Shown here piece by piece: positions 58,526 to 64,000 of a DNA stretch of 64,000 bases. A model generated the notes under the pieces. That model was not told the origin of the DNA. It did not search any database and worked only from the letters and a program-made list of their open reading frames with translations. Made by a program: the position numbers and the translations under genes. This DNA is from Octopus sinensis (taxonomy: Eukaryota). The number at the start of each line of letters is the position of its first letter. Within the stretch, counting starts at the first letter, position 1. The stretch lies in contig NC_043001.1 in the NCBI RefSeq assembly GCF_006345805.1, positions 134,850,001-134,914,000 of the forward strand, read 5' to 3'.

Positions 58526-59151
58526 TTGCTGGATACTGATTTATTTATTATTATTTTTTCCTTGGTGTAAAGTATTCAATTATGCACACATTGGAAGTAT
58601 CAGAGAGTCTAGTAATTATTAGTTTCATACCATGGTTTGACAATATTGGCTTCATTAGCCGTTATGTAAATCTGCTTCAGATCACTGTGACCAAATATCT
58701 GAACATTAGAAACATTAGAGTGAAACCAAAATATGAAAATAACAACAGGTGCTAAACATATATGCAATAATCTATGTGACCCACCTACCACAGAGTAAAG
58801 CTATCCCAAAATAAAAAGAATTAATGTAGAGAAGAGGAGACATTTTAAATTTGTAGAGGACATTTTCTCTTTTGGCAGTGGTACAATAAAATGTACCCAG
58901 TCCTTAACGTAAAGTGGTTGGTTATAGGAAAGGTATCCAGTTGTAAAACTCATGCCAATAAAACATACTCAGAAAAAGATAAAAAACCCCTGTATTCTAT
59001 GTTGCTCTGTGTGTGCTAGATGATAAGGGACTGTAACAAGTGACAAGAGGGATTGACCCATCCAATTCATGCTAGCATGTTAACACGAACATGATGATGA
59101 TGATGTGTGTGTGCATGTGCGTGTGTGTATGAATATCATATACATATTCAT

Positions 59152-59385
59152 AGGCGGCGAGCTGGCAGAAACGTTAGCGCGCTGGGCGAAATGCTTAGCA
59201 GTATTTCGGCTCTCGTTCCGTTCTGAGTTCAAATTCCACCGAGGTTGACTTTGCCTTTCCTCCTTTCAGGGTTGATAAATAAAAGTACCAGTTTCACACT
59301 GGGGGTCGATGTCATCGACTTAGTCCCTTTGTTTGTCCTTGTTTGTCCCCTCTGTGTTTAGCCCCTTGTGGACAGTAAAGAAATA
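59152..59385 (+). mobile_element. tRNA-derived SINE family E (head ggcggcgagctggcagaaacgttagc)
   Basis: B-box-like GAGTTCAAATTCC. Degenerate copies at about 1-130, 11020-11203, 14618-14835, 21758-21958, 24590-24786, 32946-33138, 52800-53100, 53590-53710, 54330-54540, 54575-54772 and 54835-55045. Confidence 0.82.
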
Positions 59386-60115
59386 CATATAGATTGTGTA
59401 TAGATTAAGAATTGTATTTAAAATATAAACCATTTAGAAATTTGAATGTAAGTCTGATGATAGTGGGGATATTATTGTTGTTGAACATACAGGTTGTTTT
59501 CATGTGAATGTAGTTTCATGAAGATATAGTTTAAAGTGGTAGAATAATTTGTTTACGCTATCTAGTGACAACTGTTTTATTATGAAATGATAATTTTAGC
59601 CACTATTATAGGCTAAATCAATAGGAATAATTAATTTTGATTGGGAATCAACAACATCTCAAACTGACTATAAATATATGAAATCATTCATTAAAACTTA
59701 TAATAGACTATTGAAATTAAGTGCCATCAAATAAGGTACTGAAAGATTCAACATTTTTCTAGTTTAGAGTCTAAGAACCATTACTATAATTATTAACCAA
59801 CCTACCCAATTTGGAAATACCATAGAGAATTCAGATTATTAGAACAAGGTCAGAAATACTATTATTTGTTTATTTAACATAAATTAGATAAAATATTTGA
59901 ACGAATTACTTAATATTTATTTTTAAACATCTGAGATGAATTGTTATTGCAATTGTAATTTTCCAACACAATTAACCTCATATTTGAGCATATATTGCAT
60001 AATATTATAATTATACAGCATTTTTATTTACACTGCATATATCTTCACTAGTTCAAAAGGACATGACTCAATGTTGATTGAAACATAGATTATATGTGTG
60101 TGTAAGCATCTCTCT

Positions 60116-60177
<62 letters not shown>

Positions 60178-60199
60178 CATACATATATATATATATATA

Positions 60200-61090
60200 G
60201 GGTCATCCCATAAATAATGCAGTTTCTTTTATACTTCTTTTATTTATCAAAATTAAGATAAACAAAGTTGTTTTTAATCTAAAATATACTCTCCTTCGTT
60301 TTCTACAATGCTCTTCCATCTATCTGGTAGACTTGCAATGCCCCTTTCCCAAAATTCACTTGTCTATGATAAAAAAAATACTCCTGCAGTACTGTTCTGA
60401 CCTTGTCTACAGAATTTGTATTTTTTCCACCCAAATGATTTTGAAGACATCGAAATAAATGATAATCAGATGGGGCAATGTCTGGTGAATATGGTGGGTG
60501 GGGCATCATTTTCCATTCAAACTGCTCCAGTCATTGGAATGTCATCCTTGTTGTATGTGGCCAAGCATTATCCTGATGGAAGAACACTTTTCATCTTGAA
60601 ACCAAAGATGATCGTTTTTCTTCTAGCACTGGTGTTGAATGGTTGAATGACCAAATCCAAGCTTTTCTACTAGTTCCTCAACAGTTAAGATGGGATTTTG
60701 TTCCACCAGGGTTTTCAGGACGTCTTCGTCGAGCTCTACAAATCTTTCAGGATGAGGCTTGTCTTCTCAATTGTAGTTTCTGGAACCACCGTTGACACTG
60801 GCTTATGCTTATTGTCCGATCCCTATATACTGCATTAATATTCTTCATGTTGTTGCCTTTATTGAACTCATAAAGCAAAATATACCGAATATACTGCTTT
60901 GTCACTTCCATTATAGCAGCTTTCAAAAAATAACTGTTAAAATCAAACTGCACTCTTCAAAACTTGCACTAAGAATAAGGACAAGGTAAAATTACTACCT
61001 GCTTTTATAGCAAGTTGATGCAGGTAGTTTATCCCATCTCCCTCTGACTTTTAGTTCATGCAAGTGAAAAAAACCACATTATTTATGGGA
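60200..61090 (-). mobile_element. mariner transposon relic (internally deleted)
   Basis: PHPPYSPDIAPSDYHLFRCLQN and YIRYILLYEFNKG...QCQRWFQK; TIR cccataaataatg; TA-repeat flanks. Confidence 0.9.
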
Positions 61091-61234
61091 AATATATATA
61101 TAGACAGTCTGTCTGTTGCTGATCTGAATCTTGCCTATGGATGCACAGGGTCTTCAGACGAGAGGCTGACTTGAGCACAATAAAATATCACTGCTATGGT
61201 GTTGAGTACTCTTTTTTCCATCAGTCAACACGAA

Positions 61235-61270
<36 letters not shown>

Positions 61271-62487
61271 GTATATGTTTTGAAGATGCAGTGAATAGTT
61301 CTTAATTAACTATTGCCCCTTCTTACTATTTTTTTCCTGATGACAACCTATAGTCAAAAATTAGTCACATTAACAATATTTAAGATGGATTTCCTCTTTC
61401 CAGTCTCTAGAAAAGATTTCATGGCAATGAATCAAACTTCAGTCCTTTAATGTTTTAAGCTTCTACAGGTTCACTTTCATTCTCTGTACAAAATAGAGAG
61501 TTGATACTCACTCTAATCTTATCTTTGTAAAAGATTTTAATGAGTGTAATAATCACTGGAACACATGATTTAAGATTTGTTTTGGTAAAAATCAAGAGGT
61601 GATATGAAAGATGTCTATAACTTCATTTAAAGTCTTTGAACCTTTTCAATGAATATTTGTAAAATACATGTTCAATTAATTTAACAGTTGAAGTTGATTT
61701 CAGTTGAATAAATCACTTATGTTTTTAGAAAACCGAAAAAATAATTAAGTAGTTTATGTATGAATAAATAAAAAGAGTAAATAAATAGCTTAAGGTACAG
61801 ATTTCTAAATAAACAATCACTTTGGAAGAGCTTGTACACAGATAAAATTTGTACTTGGAATCTTTATTTATCCCAATTGATGGATGAAACAGTGAACTAC
61901 CAGGTTAAATGCTTTGCAAGATTCAATTTATATTTCATTGCCTGTCCCTGCCAAGACCAATAAAATAATACAGGATATACACTGGTATTGCTTATATTGG
62001 CTACATTCCTCCCTATAAATCTGTATCACTTGAAGCAAGCAATATAATTCTCTTTTAGAGTTTTGAAGGTAACCAATAAATTTGATAAAATTACAACACA
62101 ATGTTTATATTGAATCATCTACAGTTAGAAATAATAGCTGTGCATCTTATAAAATATAAAGAATTTAGTGTTTCTTTTCTTTGATTTGAATATTATTGAA
62201 ATCTTGAGTCCTAATATACTTCCAATAATGCATAGATACAAGACTTATTTCTAGAAACATATGAACTCTGAAATAAATATTTTCACTTCAATTTAGATTT
62301 TGGTACAGTAATTGTTGTGAGAGATAAAATATGAAAAAAATTATATTTCAAAGAATTAAAATATTTCAATATATATTTGTTAATATCTTTTCAGAAAGCA
62401 TAATTTTTGTCAGAGCATTAGTGCATAAAATTCTGTATCATTTACAGATATTCTAAATGCTGACTGGAAAACAATAGTCATTTCAAT

Positions 62488-62662
62488 CATCATCATCATC
62501 GTTTAACGTCCGTTCTCCATGCTAGCATGGATTGGATGGTTCGACCGGGGATCTGGGAAGCCAGAAGGCTGCACCAGGCTCCAGTCTTATCTGACAATGT
62601 TTCTACAGCTGGATGCCCTTCCTAACGCCAACCACTCCGTGAGTGTAGTGGGTGCTTTACTC
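62488..62662 (-). mobile_element. 5'-truncated RTE 3' end flanked by 274-bp direct repeats
   Basis: Tail and 3' UTR match the 53100 copy; flanks 62214-62487 and 62663-62936. Confidence 0.88.
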
Positions 62663-63623
62663 ATATACTTCCAATAATGCATAGATACAAGACTTAATTC
62701 TAGAAACATATGAACTCTGAAATAAATATTTTCACTTCAATTTAGATTTTGGTACAGTAATTGTTGTGAGAGATACAATATGAAAAAAATTATATTTCAA
62801 AGAATTAAAATATTTCAATATATATTTGTTAATATCTTTTCAGAAAGCATAATTTTTGTCAGAGCATTAGTGCATAAAATTCTGCATCATTTACAGATAT
62901 TCTAAATGCTGACTGGAAAACAATAGTCATTTCAATGTGTTAATAAAATATTTTCATTGTGCAAATAATTAAGCCACAATTTTCCCTTTGTTTTTTCTGT
63001 TCATTTGCATTTCATATAAAAAAAAAATTAGGTATCAACTTCACAGAAAGTAACAATTTTTCTTTTTTTACATAAGGGTGATTAGAATATCTTAAAACTG
63101 ATGACTAAATGAGTATTAGTATCAGTATATTATCTCATTTCAAATCAAGAAATATTCTAAACAAGTGATAAAGGTTTTACAATTCATTGCTTCCATATTA
63201 GCCAACTTCTAGCAGCACTTAATCCAATAACTTAAAGAAATATCTGAACCAGTTCTCCCAGATAAACCTATGGACTTGGAGCTTAAGGGAGTAGCAGAGC
63301 TTAAATCAGTAATCCACTAAATCCTATACAAAATTAATTAAAACCATATGGAATTCACTCCTTCCATAATGAATGACACTAAAGTAGATTGACCTTGAAA
63401 TGAAATTAAATTTAAAATGTTTAATTTATTTAAACATGATTAATTTTTTCCATATTTATAGTTTTTATGCTTTAAGTGTTAGAACAGCAAGTGACGCATT
63501 TTATCTCTCTGTATGCTGCATTATGTTGCTGCTTAGCTCCATGTCAACCTTGATCAAACAAAACTTATACTAAAAGTAGTTTAGCTGTGGTGGCCACAGC
63601 ATCTTTTTTTATTTTAAATTTAA

Positions 63624-64000
63624 CTAGCAGTATCGCCCGGCGTTGCTCGGGTTTGTAAGGGAAATAACTATGTAAGCATTTTTAGAGAGTTATAGCCAAA
63701 AAATAGCAAAAAAATGCATTGAAAATGGAAAAAAAAATGATGGTAAATTTTTTTTTAAATCGTTGACTCATCGTAGACATTTTTAGAGAGTTACTTCCCT
63801 TATATAATAGCGAAAAAATGCATTAAAATGGAAAAAATGATGGTAAATTATTTTAAAATCGTAGACTCATCGTAGACGTGCGTTAGTACCCAGAAGGGCT
63901 CGATATGAATCACGACTATAAGATACCCGGTTTTGGTTAAACTGCACCGCAAAATGTGGGAGTAGTTAGGAATCTAAATCGTAGGAAACAGACACACAAC
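63624..64000 (-). mobile_element. Non-autonomous Helitron (runs off the window edge)
   Basis: Same 3' CTAG and hairpin; nearly identical to 50746-51129. Confidence 0.85.

Noticed and set aside
58609-58791. 60-aa ORF with a hydrophobic core as a signal peptide
   Set aside because: Starts at GTG, has no in-frame ATG, and its donor would be phase 2.

Overview
AT-rich, microsatellite- and repeat-dense animal genomic DNA. The SINE/RTE/Penelope repertoire looks like an Octopus (coleoid cephalopod) genome; this is inferred from repeat style only. The window is dominated by one minus-strand gene, an L1-family cell adhesion molecule (neuroglian/L1CAM-like). I reconstructed 20 coding exons by hand from 50374 down to 1581. 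All splice phases are compatible and give about 1153 codons: signal peptide, a candidate 87-nt cassette exon, 6 Ig domains and 5 FNIII domains. The transmembrane and FIGQY cytoplasmic exons were not found and probably lie left of position 1. No first (non-coding) exon or promoter was identified. Introns hold at least four tRNA-derived SINE families, RTE, CR1 and Penelope retroelement relics, non-autonomous Helitrons, piggyBac- and hAT-type MITEs and mariner/maT relics. The most notable observations are: a 274-bp target-site-like duplication flanking an RTE tail, plus three other long local duplications; a 255-nt foldback element carrying Penelope-type minimal hammerhead ribozyme motifs on both arms; a GC-AG intron; a polybasic furin-type site in FNIII-3; an RGD in Ig5; two pre-miRNA-like intronic hairpins; and a zinc-finger LINE end embedded in a (TATG)n repeat. 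All coordinates were read by eye, and repeat ends are approximate unless a TSD or TIR is quoted.
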